From contig NW_001865089.1 in the NCBI RefSeq assembly GCF_000002865.3, forward strand, positions 94,794 through 158,793: DNA of 64,000 nt, given 5' to 3'. The notes under the pieces were generated by a model. The model searched no databases. It saw only the letters and a list, made by a program, of their open reading frames with translations, and was not told where the DNA came from. This document shows positions 26,200 through 36,907 of the stretch, piece after piece (position 1 is the stretch's first letter; the number at the start of each line of letters is the position of its first letter). Origin of the DNA: Monosiga brevicollis MX1. Lineage: Eukaryota. The position numbers and the translations under genes were made by a program.

Positions 26200-28143
26200 T
26201 GCGGGTTTGACAGAGAATGACCGCGAACGGGTCAAAGGCTTGGTTGTGCTTGGAACCGCCCAGCGGCCCATCCGTGGCCAGCTGAAGGAGGTGTTGTTGC
26301 TGGTCCATGGATCGGTCGATGACGAGCTGTACACGCTCAGGTGGTGCATCGAGACTTCTCCCGCCCCTCAGGAAACGTTGACCCGCGCCCGCGCCCTACT
26401 CAGCTCGCAACCCAACCCGGCCGGCTTGGAACCAGCCGCTGGCAGCATCGCCGTTGAAGACCCTGATGCGGCCCCGCCATTGGTTGCACGCGTCAAGCCA
26501 CCGCGGCACCGACTGGCCCCTATGTCGGTCGGCGAACTGGACTTTGACGTGGCAACGGATGAGGAAGAGGACAGCGCCACTTGGGCTCCAATGGATGGGG
26601 CACCAGCCGTTTTTGAGGCTTGGGGGAGTGCGACCATCGACCCTGGCCACGAAAGGGCAAATTTTAAAGCACGTGCTCCGCAACTTGATGACGCCTTTGC
26701 GCTTGATGCCTGTGACCCTGGCCACGTCTTCTTGCACTTCCTCCCCCCGCGAATCCTTGAAAACATGCTTCGTGGGAGCTCAGTCGCTTCCTTATCCAAG
26801 GAGGAACTGCTCGGATTCTTTGGCTTGCAGCTGCTCGGCGCCAATCACGCTCGGGCGACCGAGGATCTGTTCAAGCCGTCGCAGTCGCAGTTTGACGTCT
26901 TTCCGGACTTTTCCTCCATCATGAGCCAACACCGCTTCCGCGAGATTGCCAAAGGCCTTCGCCTCACTGACACCAAGCCTCGGGGCGGAGCCGACCCTTT
27001 CCACGCCGTGCGGGAGATGGCCGAAGCTTTCAACGATCACATGGCTAAGAGTAGTGTATTCCGACCGTCTTCACTCGTGTGCCTGGACGAGTCCATGGTC
27101 ACGCATCACCAGGAGGAGGACCCAGGCTTTGTCTTCATTGGGCGCAAACCCCATCCGGTCGGCAATGAGTACCATGCCATCTGCGATGCCGAGACCGGGA
27201 TCGTCTATCGCATTGAGATGGTGGAGGGCAAGGCTCGCCCACGACAGCTCCCACTGAAATATGCAGAGCACGGGCAGACCGGTGGCCTCATCCTGCGCAT
27301 GACAGAGACCAGCGTAGGCATGGGCCGCGTTGTCGTCATGGACAGCGCCTTTTGTGAGCTGCAACCGCTGGTTGAGCTGCGCAATCGGGGTACGTTTGCG
27401 GTCACAGTTGCTGAGAAGCGGCACGACTGGCCCAGGCATGTCCCTGGCGATAATGTCCAGGCCCACATGGCCGACAAGCCGGTGGGGCAGCTGCATGGGC
27501 GCCGTGGGAGCCTCGATGGTGTTCCCATGTGCCTTTTTGCCGTCAATCATCAAAAGTATGTCTTGCTCATGATATCGTCCTATGGAAACACGGACCAGAG
27601 CGCAAGGGTCGCGTGGATCGGGACATAATTTCCTACCACCGCAACCAGCCCCTCGATGACTACTATAACGGGCGCCACGCCGTGCACGATCACAATCAGC
27701 TGCGTCAGTGCCAGAAACGAGATCTGGAGATGGCCTGGGACAGTAAGTTTTGGGACATCGACCAACTAGTGTTCGTGGTCTCGACAACCTTGGTGAACAC
27801 GCTCTTGTGGTACAACCGTCGCTATTTGGCTCCGCGCGGCCGCCAGCCCTTGTCACTAAGTGAGTTGCGGAGCAAAGTTGGCGAGCACCTTGTGCAAATG
27901 CTCGTCAACAGCCGCCCCGGCATGTCCCCGGCCTTGTGCCAACCCCACGCCCAAACCGGAACGCTTCATCGACTTATCAGCATTCCGCCATACCAAGGCT
28001 CGCGCCCAGGAAAACGCGTCAAGGCCAGGTACCAAGCCGTGCGCTGCCGTGGTGAAAACTGTCATAAAATGGTGCGCAAGTATTGTCTGTGTTCGCCTGT
28101 CCTCTTCCTCTGCATCGAGTGTTTCGCCCTGCACATTCAATAG
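26200..28143 (+). pseudogene. piggyBac-like (DDE_Tnp_1_7/PGBD) transposase, frameshifted
   Basis: VCLDESM, FIGRKPHPVGNEYHAICDAETGI, VVVMDSAF, YYNGRHAVHDHNQLRQ, and a C-terminal Cys-rich finger (CRGENCHKMVRKYCLCSPVLFLCIECFALH). The coding frame switches near 27590-27625. No TIRs or TTAA ends found. 5' start approximate. Confidence 0.8.
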
Positions 28144-28846
28144 GTCGCCAGCGAGCAATAAAAAAAATTCATTTTCTCGATTTATGGTTTTTTTTCTCAT
28201 TCTCGATCGACATCCTCTCTGGGACCCTGCTTTGCCTGCTTGGCGAGATAACCCCTTGTACAATGAGGAAGGTGGGGGTTTATGAAAAGCAAGAATTCCT
28301 CTGAGCTAACGCCCCTTCACAACATTGAATATATTTGACGACGTTTGTCTCTTCAAGTCTTTTTTTTTTTTTTTTTTTTTTTTAATTGTTTCAGGGACAA
28401 GGACTCGGTCCTCTCTCGGAATTGAGCGGGTTGTCTGTTGCTGTAAGGCGATCGATCTAAAGTGAGGTGCTCAGGCTGTCCTAATGATGCCTTTGTTCTT
28501 CTGAGCGAGGTTTTCGCAACCCTTTTCGCACGTCGCAAACGTGTCTCAATTCTGCGGTACAACGCCTACAACGTGATTGCTCACAAAAGTTGTCATGCAA
28601 CCGGAACAATTTTCCACTTTCAAGCGTTCAAACGAGCGAGAGGATGCGAGTCGTATAGGGAGAGGAGGAGTCGCTCCAACACGTCGCTCAAACCTGACCC
28701 ACCGCACTGCGGCAGGCCTTTTAAAAATAAGGCACAGCCCTAAAATTATGCTTTCGTTACATTTTCACGTTTTTGGAGGTTCTGTCACAACGAGCCGGCG
28801 CACTGGTGAGGCAATTTCAGCCTCTGGGAGCATCGTGACACCGTGG

Positions 28847-31551
28847 CTATGCTTTGCTCGATACATACCGGATCGATGGAAACCGAGAATTGAATTCCAG
28901 CTGCAGGTCGTGACCAGCGCAGAAAACTTTGAACTCTTGCAAAAACTGTTCGTTAATCAACGTTTGCGAGAGGTCGCGTCGGATGGGCAAGAGGTACTGA
29001 AACAAGCGACCCACGGCCTTGGAATTGACCAGATATGCCATGGGCGAAATGTTGCACTGCATCAGGCAACGGTGTCGCAAGCATGCATCAATGGTCAGAC
29101 TGAACTCGACGCACCCAGCAAATCAAAGGAAAAAAAAGCTGCTGAGAAACATACGCTTCTTGCCAAACAAACCTCGGCGCGCGGTGCGGGCACTGGATAG
29201 GCGCTCGATGTGGGCGGCTTGGTGCACGCCGCTGCACAGTGGAACGAAAACAGGTCCCAGTCAGACCGTCCCAGGCGTTCCAGGGCTCGCTCAAGAAGTG
29301 TCGGAAAATTCGGTGGCAAAATGGCATCATCTTCAAACACGGCGTGGGCCACAATCTCGCCATTTGATGCGGGTAGTTTGTGCAGTTTCTCGTGCAATAG
29401 CATGTGGGACAGCGTGCGACCCACATCGCCACGTTGGCGGCTCGTCAAGGGCACTGTCAAGATCAGAAGTAGCAGCAAACACCCCACAACGTTAGATGAT
29501 TCGGCGATGGCATTGGCCATGGCACACACGCGGAGAAGGCTTCGTACCCGCCACAACGTTGCGTTCAAAGAGTTTGTCCATCATCAAGGAGCTACCATCC
29601 GTACCTACATGCCAAAACATGCTGATGCCGGCCTGATAATTGATGGATGAGGGCTGTCTTGCAGAGCCAAGTCAGGAGCAATTCAAAGTAAAAACAGGAG
29701 TGCCAGATCATGACGCGCACCTGGCGAAGGTTGGCTTCAAAGGCGGCGCGACGTTCTTCGTCAGATTGTAGGCCGATGAAACTCAAGGTCACCTGACCGC
29801 TTGTTACGGGCCATGCCGATGACTGTAGATCAGCACTGAACATGGAGGCTGGTGAAAAGACATAGGGCACAAAACAAATCGGCAAGGGTTAACCTCATGC
29901 GTAACTAAAGGCGATAGGGGGGCGGGGGGGACCTCGGATGCAAGCACAGAAAAAGGTCAAATAAACATGCTTGCAAGTCGTACTAGATGAGGTCTCGGCG
30001 GGTTCAGCTGCGTCAGAGGCCGACTGTAAGCTTGGCGGCACAGGTGGTGCGGCGATGGAGGGCTCGGTCTTGGCGGAGGCGGGCTCAGCCTGAGAGGGTA
30101 TAGCTACAGAAGGGTCGGCGACGGGTTCTGGGGAGGCGCGTTCGATCGTGGGCTCTGTTTGGGGCTCTGGCAAGACGGCCAAATCAAATTCAACATCCGA
30201 ATCGCGGCCATGAGCCATTGTAAAGTCCACTGGAGGCTCGTTGGCGGCAAGGGGGTGCAGGGCGTAGACTTGGTCCCACTGGCGCATGGCCTTGAGCAGC
30301 ATGATGTCGGGACTCTAGGGAACAGCATGCGCGTGTGTGAGGACGGAGACATGGGGGGACTAGGCAAACGTTCAGAAGCTGTGTACCCACATAGCGAAAG
30401 CCTTTTTTGGAGACAAGCTGCACCAGACTTTGAGCCGCACGGCTTGAGAGAATGTAGGCGCAGGGACGGTAGTGGAAAGCGCGGGTGGGGGTGGTGGCGT
30501 CGCCTTGGTCCAGCTCGGGGTCCCAATCGGCGTGAAAGAGCGTGGTCGGCTCGTGCAAGTTGAAGTGGCGCGAGACACGACGAAGGGTGCTGGCTTGACT
30601 GTAGTAGGCTCGGTTGCCAGAGGAGAGGCCACCGAGGAAGACAACATCCGCGTCTGACGGAAAGGCATGCTGAATTTGTGCGTTCCAGCGCGCCACAAAA
30701 TCATGGGCTAGTTGGACGTCATCTTCAAGAATAAGGTGGTATTGCTGCTCGCTCGTGGCAATGTGGCGCCAGAGAGTAAAGTGGGAGAGGGCCTTGGCGA
30801 TGACGGCACGGCGAGAGTGGAAGCGGTTGCCGGCAAAAAGACGGCGTAGGCTTTGGCTCCAGGCCAGTTCACGCTTATCAAAGGCGGAAAAGATGTGAAT
30901 GCTGTCTGGGTCGACGTTGGAGCGCTGCAAAAAGCCGTGCAAACGGTCAGGGCGACGGCGCAGGTTGATTACATAAACGCCATCAATGCCTTCCAAGAGT
31001 GGGCGCTGGGGAAAATAGGTCAAGTACTTGCTGACGTCTGAAGCGCCGAACCCATCAAGCGCGTGAGGTATCGGCTCGGTCACGGGCTCCAATCAGGTCT
31101 TGGTCAGAGCCAGGCAGCAACAGGCTGAGCCAGTCAGGCTCAAGCTCGGCCTGGAGCTGCCCGGCCGTTTCCATTCCCTGATCAAGGCCGGGGGAGGGAC
31201 AAGACAGAGACGCGGGGCGGGCAAGTATCAACGTGTGTACGTACGAGGCTGCCAGGGGCGGGCACAGAGAATGTTGTACACGTTGGGCAGGCACGGGCCA
31301 ATACAGGCCTGCACGTCGTCGTGCTTGAGGATGCAATCACACTGCACGGCATTTCCACCGCCCCGCGCGGCCACACAAGCCAGAAACGAGTCGCTGGCCT
31401 TGGCACACTGTGTCACTGTCTCAACCACAGTGTTGTTGGGGCACAGCGCTTCATTGTGTCCCTGAGCTGACAACTCGCTCCCCGCCACCCACCCCACCCA
31501 GGCCAGTAGCAGCCACATCCCCCTCACCCAGCCCACACCTCCAGATCGCAT
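28847..31551 (-). CDS. Secretory-pathway glycosyltransferase with two tandem GT25 domains and an N-terminal Cys-rich module; multi-exon
   Basis: Signal peptide MWLLLAWVGWVAG. Domain 1: VYVINLRRRPDR, KALSHFTLW, LILEDDV, DVVFLGG, AYILSSRAAQSL. Domain 2: IGLQSDEERR, GRTLSH, AVFEDDA, WDLFSF, AYLVNSKAVGRL..LLP. 3' end uncertain. Confidence 0.75.
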
Positions 31552-31670
31552 CGTGCCTGTCGTCAACGCGCCCGTCCACTATCGATCGCTCAGGGCGCGC
31601 GCACACACACACTCCACACACTCCGCGCGCGCTCTCTCTCGCTCACACACTAAAAAGTTGAAAAATACAT

Positions 31671-31941
31671 GGCCGTTTTTGCCCAGAATAGAATGAGCTT
31701 TTTGACCCCTTGAGAATGGATTCTGAGGGGGTCGGCAAAAACACAAGAATGAGTTTTCGAAAATTTCCAATTTCTCCTTCCGAATGAGAAAATGATCGCA
31801 TTTGCAAGGGAAAAAACCAGCACCATAAAAAGTGGCGCTAGTTTTTTTTTGGGAATAAGAAATCGAATTTGGAATCAGTTTGACACCACTCAAACGCAGA
31901 AACACAATGTCATTCTCATTCTTGGGTTGGCAAAAACGGCC
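31671..31941. mobile_element. MITE (271 bp) with GGCCGTTTTTGCC terminal inverted repeats and CAT direct flanks
   Basis: GGCCGTTTTTGCC at 31671-31683 and GGCAAAAACGGCC at 31929-31941 are a perfect 13-bp inverted pair, extended by AGAAT(G)AGAATGA. CAT flanks both ends (31668-70 and 31942-44). The interior is AT-rich and non-coding. Confidence 0.7.
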
Positions 31942-32539
31942 CATTACATGTAAATTTCGAAAGAGATGTTACCATTTGTTCATTCAACTTCTACTACTAC
32001 GGGTGGTAAACTGATTTAAAATCCCTTCCCCTCTCCCTCTCCTTGTTCAACGATTGCGCGCTATCTCCCTCGGCATGTCTCTGTCTCTCACTGGCATTGT
32101 TAACGATCAGGACAGGTCGGGCAGAGGGGCAGGCAGATCGACATGTGACGTGAGCTCGGCCCTAAGGGGGTGATGATCTCAGCCCCAAAGGGTTTGTGAC
32201 CTCAGGCCTAAGAAAAGCACTGCCCCAAAGAGTTCATGGGCAATCGGTAGGCAGTTGGTCACAGAAAGAAAGAGAAACAGGGGGAGGATAGAGACACTGT
32301 GATGTCACAGGGACGGGGAGAGGTATTGCGTAGGAAGCTTTGATTGATGATTTCAGAACGGCCATCTCGTTATAGGCGGGCAGAGGTCCTCACCCGTGGC
32401 CCATTTGCCCAGCGCTCGCCCTGGGTCTGTCAAATTTAATAAGATGCTGTTGAATTCATGCACAGGTTTATACACGAGCACGTCCAAGACCGAACAAGCA
32501 CAGCATTGATTGGTGGCCCACAAATCCTGCGGTTGGGTT

Positions 32540-35500
32540 TCAAAGAGCCATGTTGGCCAGTTGCGCCACTTCGTTCATGGAGAGAGCATGATCGTAGATG
32601 CGAAGATCATCCAGCACCGCGTCCAGAGGTGCGTCTGACACCGCAGCCGCCGACTTGCCAATGTAATTGACGTCAAGCCAGCCGACAGGCATTTGCAACA
32701 TGCCTACGTTGCTGCCCACCAACTGCCATACACACATATAGAGGTCGATGAGACACAATCCAAGCGTTCCACGAGGCAAGCGTGATGGTTCGGAATAGAG
32801 GGGTGAAGCTTTTGGAACAACCACAAGAACCACCAACAACAACATCAAAAGACGTTGGCTCCGACCTCGCCGTCGATGGCCAAGTAGCCACCAGTCGAGT
32901 TGCTGAACCCGCACACGTGAATAAACACATCGGCCTTATCAGCAGGCAGGTTGGCCCGCACGACTTCACCATTGATTTCCATGAAGAGCTCTGCGTTGGT
33001 ATTCCAGCGTGCAATGTACATGCGGTTGGTCGAGTTGCCAAAGTCCACAATGCGTCTGAAAACAGCGTTGCGTGATAGGCCCAACAAGCCAACAAGCCGG
33101 TCAGCCACCCGTGCAATCGTAATGGAAAAAAGAAAAAAAAAAGAAAAAAAAAAAAATTGCACTCTGTTTCGTTTTTCTGTGTGGAAAGCTGTGCCGAGGC
33201 GTGAACGTACTCCCACATTCCGACACGCCGGGTTTGAATCCAGGAGCAAACAGTAAAGTCACCGCCAAAGTTGCGTGCAGGCAGCTGCACCCAGCTACCA
33301 TTACCAGGCAACAAGAGAGCACCCGTCCCGACGGCTACATTCGTGTTCTCAAAGAATAGATCTTTAGCCTAGGTAGTAAGTCACATAACAAGGAGGCCAA
33401 GGAGCAGATCCGCAATCAAAAGAATGCGCCATGGGAAAGGGCGCTGCACACCAGCGAAAGTGGCTAGGAGGGCAATTGATAAAGGGCGACAAGCCACGAA
33501 TCGTACCCGAATGTTGACAGGCACAAGCTCGCCATGCCACTCATTGCCGCTAGCATCGCGGACATTGCCGTCAAATTTGAAGTGGGCCACGAGGCCCACA
33601 CAATCAAGGTCGGGCCGGCCCTGGCAGAGGAGATGATGAACATCTTCGGCTGAGAGTGCGAAGTTGTACACGCGATAGTCATCCAAATTGCCACCAAAAT
33701 AATCATCACCGGCAAAAGTGGAGCGGCCAATGAAGATGTTGCGGTACTCAGTGCTATTGCGGACGCGCATGTTGCTGTTGCGGCCAATTTCGCGACCTTG
33801 GCGATAAACGATGGCAAGAGGACCTTCGAGGGTGAAACAGTAGTGCTGAAAGCCACCATATGCCCAGTCAAAGCCACCAGCCACGATCATGAATGTATCG
33901 AGTGAACGATCCTCGAACAAAAAGGTGAACTCAAGTGTTGTGGTTTCATGAGAGTTACCGATAAATATGCTCTCAACTGCGCGCCAGGTGTGCCACCACT
34001 TTGAGATATGCAAACGTACAACGGGATAACACACATTGGGCTCAAGTCACTCACCACCGCCGTTGTTAAAGTCGGCCACGCGACTCCAAAATTGGAGACT
34101 GCGGTAACGGACCCAGGAGCATACCTATGGAGTAGAATTGATCCAGACAAGGTTGGGGAACAAGCTCATGAGCGATGCCATTGATGTGCGCAAGGGAAAC
34201 AAGTGCACCCACTGTGAAAGCATTCTTCAAGCTCAAGGACGGCGCAATAACGTAGTCATTGACACCATCCAGATACAAAGCCATGTCGCCCTAAAGAAGA
34301 TCAGGGCATTAGGTAGACAGTGCAGGACTATCAGAGCGTCTCAAGATGAAAGAGGCAATGCAAGGGTCCAGAAGTTTAGGCTCGACACTGTCAGTAGCTT
34401 GATATCTTACCTCGGGTGCATTGACTTGGTACAAATTCATGTTGTGGTGGTTGAATGCCACACCATTGTTATCCAAACCTGAGGCGTCCTGCAATGTGTT
34501 CTCAAAGGTGTAGTGTAGTAGCAGTGCGTCTCCAGCGGTCATTGCAGCGGGACGTTGAACACCTTGTGACTACAATAATCGTCCTCGAGGTTAGTTTGGG
34601 CCACTGCTTGGAACATGCAGGGTCCGAGGAAAAGACGGCGGCGTTGGACCAAAAAAGGTCTTACCTCGAGGAACAGGTCGGCAATTTGTGATGAAGTGAG
34701 AGCGCGCGACCACATGCGCAAGTTGTCAATGGCACCATCAAAGTCAGGGTTGCTGCAAACAAGGAAGGGACAAGGAGGCGGGGGGGGGAATTAGACGGGG
34801 CTCAGTTTTGATAAACACAGCCACACGAGCATTAACGTGGTCAACAAACTCGTTGAAGTTGGAGCGACCGATGTAGTTGGAAGTACGGCGTAAGTAGGGG
34901 ATGGGTGGGGCGTTGGACATTTGCATTGTCTGAACACCATTTTTATAAAGCTATGCCCAGGCATGCACGGCACAAAAATAGCAGTCACCACGTGCCGGAT
35001 CAGGTACATGGCCCAATCAGGGAAAAAACGTGGAGGTGTTTCTGTCAGGGAAATAGAGACACAGAGGCTCCTGGTAGAGGCTTGACGGACCGTGTAAGTG
35101 CCGTCACTAGTGGCCGTGACGCAGACGTGAGCCCAAATGCCAGCTTCGAAAAAGTTATTGGATCGCAGCTGTGTAGCGATGTGGTTGCCTTGGTAGGCCT
35201 CAAATCTTTGATACACAGTTTACGCCAGAAGGGTCAAGGGTAAAGTGAATGCTGGAGCGGCCATGATGGTGGTGCCTGTTGCTATCAAGCGCTGTGACGT
35301 CAACTCGCGTTGAGTCGGCCAGCAAAGGGGTTGGAGCTTACAGGATGTCGTTGCTGTCATGACGGTTGAGCATAAGGAGGTTATTGTTGGCACCTAGTCG
35401 GGTGCCTTCCTCAGACATGCTAAAGTCGAAGATGCGCGAAGAGAGGCCAAAGGTGTCAAACATCACATCCACACACACGGAAAAGGCGCCACCGATGACA

Positions 35501-36408
35501 TTTGCGGGGGCACGCAGGTGCTGATCAGCGCCGCTCAGCACAAGAGCGGGCGAGCCATCGGTACCATCCTTTCATGATGTATGGGTTGTGGCCACGCGAA
35601 AAACGCCGCGAAGACAAAAATGTGAGGAAAAGGTCGAAGGAAGAGATGACTGAAAGCCTTACAAGCCCTGCTCTAAGATGTGGCAGCCGACCAAAGTCGG
35701 CTTCAAAAGCAACTTACACGTCCAAATAGGTTGTCGGGGGCAGCGCCGTAGTAGAGGATGTTGCGACGGTTGTAAGAAAGGTCCAAGAGGTTGTTGTCAA
35801 AGGATAAATGGAGGAGGTCAGCTTGGATCTGGCAAGGGGCTTTGGGAGCCTGGGAGGTGGTATAGCCAGGAATGCACTGCGTGCAGGAGGAGGTTTGGAC
35901 ATCACCAAGGATGCAATACTGTGGCAGGCCTCTGGGGTGCCAAAAGTAAAAGTCTCCATCCCAGGTCTCGGCGCGGCGGCACGTCTTGAGAACGAAAATG
36001 GAATGGTTTGGGGTGGGTAGCAGGTGACAGTCGCAGTCAGTTCGGTCCAGAAGGGGCGGGCTGGCGGGATTAGGTGGATGATGAACCAACCTCAGGGTTC
36101 TGAGTCTGAGTGTTGCAGCGTGCCACGCCGAGAACCGTGGCATTGCAGGGCCCAGTCACGTCGGTGACGGCAACGGAGTCTGGGAGATTGCAGTGCTTTG
36201 CGGATGCAAGGTCGCCTGTGATGTGGGCGAGGACATCTACGCCATTGATGACCACGCCATTGGTGGCATTGATCAAGAGCGTGCCCTTGTGGTCCACGAC
36301 CATGAATGGCTTGGCAACATCAGCGGCGGTGCAAGTGGCAAGGGCAATCAACATGAAAAGCCGGCGGCCTGCACCGGAGTTTGTGAGTCGTGGCAAGAGT
36401 CGGGCCAT
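32540..36408 (-). CDS. Secreted protein with three LamG-like/concanavalin-A (Laminin_G_3) domains; multi-exon
   Basis: Signal peptide (RRLFMLIALATCTAA). Three units each start LLH(L/Y)xF(D/E)N or VAHFKFDGN and end IG(R/K)S...D(N/D)(L/Y)R(M/V/I)(W/Y)xxAL(T/S). No TM segment seen. Confidence 0.8.
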
Positions 36409-36469
36409 TCTAATCAATCGGATCAAAACAAATCACAGGCGACTTGATCGCCCCAGTAAAATGGATGTT

Positions 36470-36541
36470 GCAGCGAGAGTGGTAGCAGCAGCGAGAGTGG
36501 TAGCAGCAGCGAGAGTGGTAGCAGCAGCGAGAGTGGTAGTA
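36470..36541. repeat. 18-bp tandem repeat, four copies
   Basis: GCAGCGAGAGTGGTAGCA x4 (last copy with one mismatch), about 60 bp upstream of the LamG gene ATG. Confidence 0.9.
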
Positions 36542-36907
36542 GCCAGTGTGTGACAACACGCTACACAACACACACACGGTCTCTCTTTCGTTCACTGAGA
36601 AAAACGAGTCCGATATGCAACTCACCCATAAGTACCATGTGTGATCCAAAAAATGATGACAAATTTTGAAACACCATGACACAACTGCTGTTTGAGAATA
36701 AAGGGGTGATTTCAGATACTAAAAGCTGTTGCAAGCTGTTGTTGATTTTTTTTTTTTTTTTTTTTTTTTGTGGACGCGCGGACGGGCTGCAGCCGTCGAT
36801 TGACTGCATATTGCCTTCAGGCGGCTGCTGTTTAGGGGGTTTTGGGTAGTGGATTGCATTTTTGGGTTGCATCCTTGTGGATCATTGCGCGCGTTGGCTG
36901 CGCAGGC

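Noticed and set aside
25750..28275. Possible piggyBac terminal repeats (TTACCTCTATACAATG at about 25751; TAACCCCTTGTACAATG at about 28249)
   Set aside because: The similarity is weak and in direct rather than inverted orientation, and there is no TTAA duplication.
28577..29650. Plus-strand ORFs of 207, 158 and 146 aa
   Set aside because: They are antisense shadows of the second GT25 domain exons on the minus strand and have no recognisable motifs.
32100..32400. TGATGA-containing intergenic stretch as a snoRNA or other ncRNA
   Set aside because: No matching box D or convincing stem; cannot be supported without a covariance-model search.
36470..36541. Tandem repeat considered as a CRISPR-like array
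   Set aside because: Head-to-tail units with no spacers, eukaryotic context and no cas genes.
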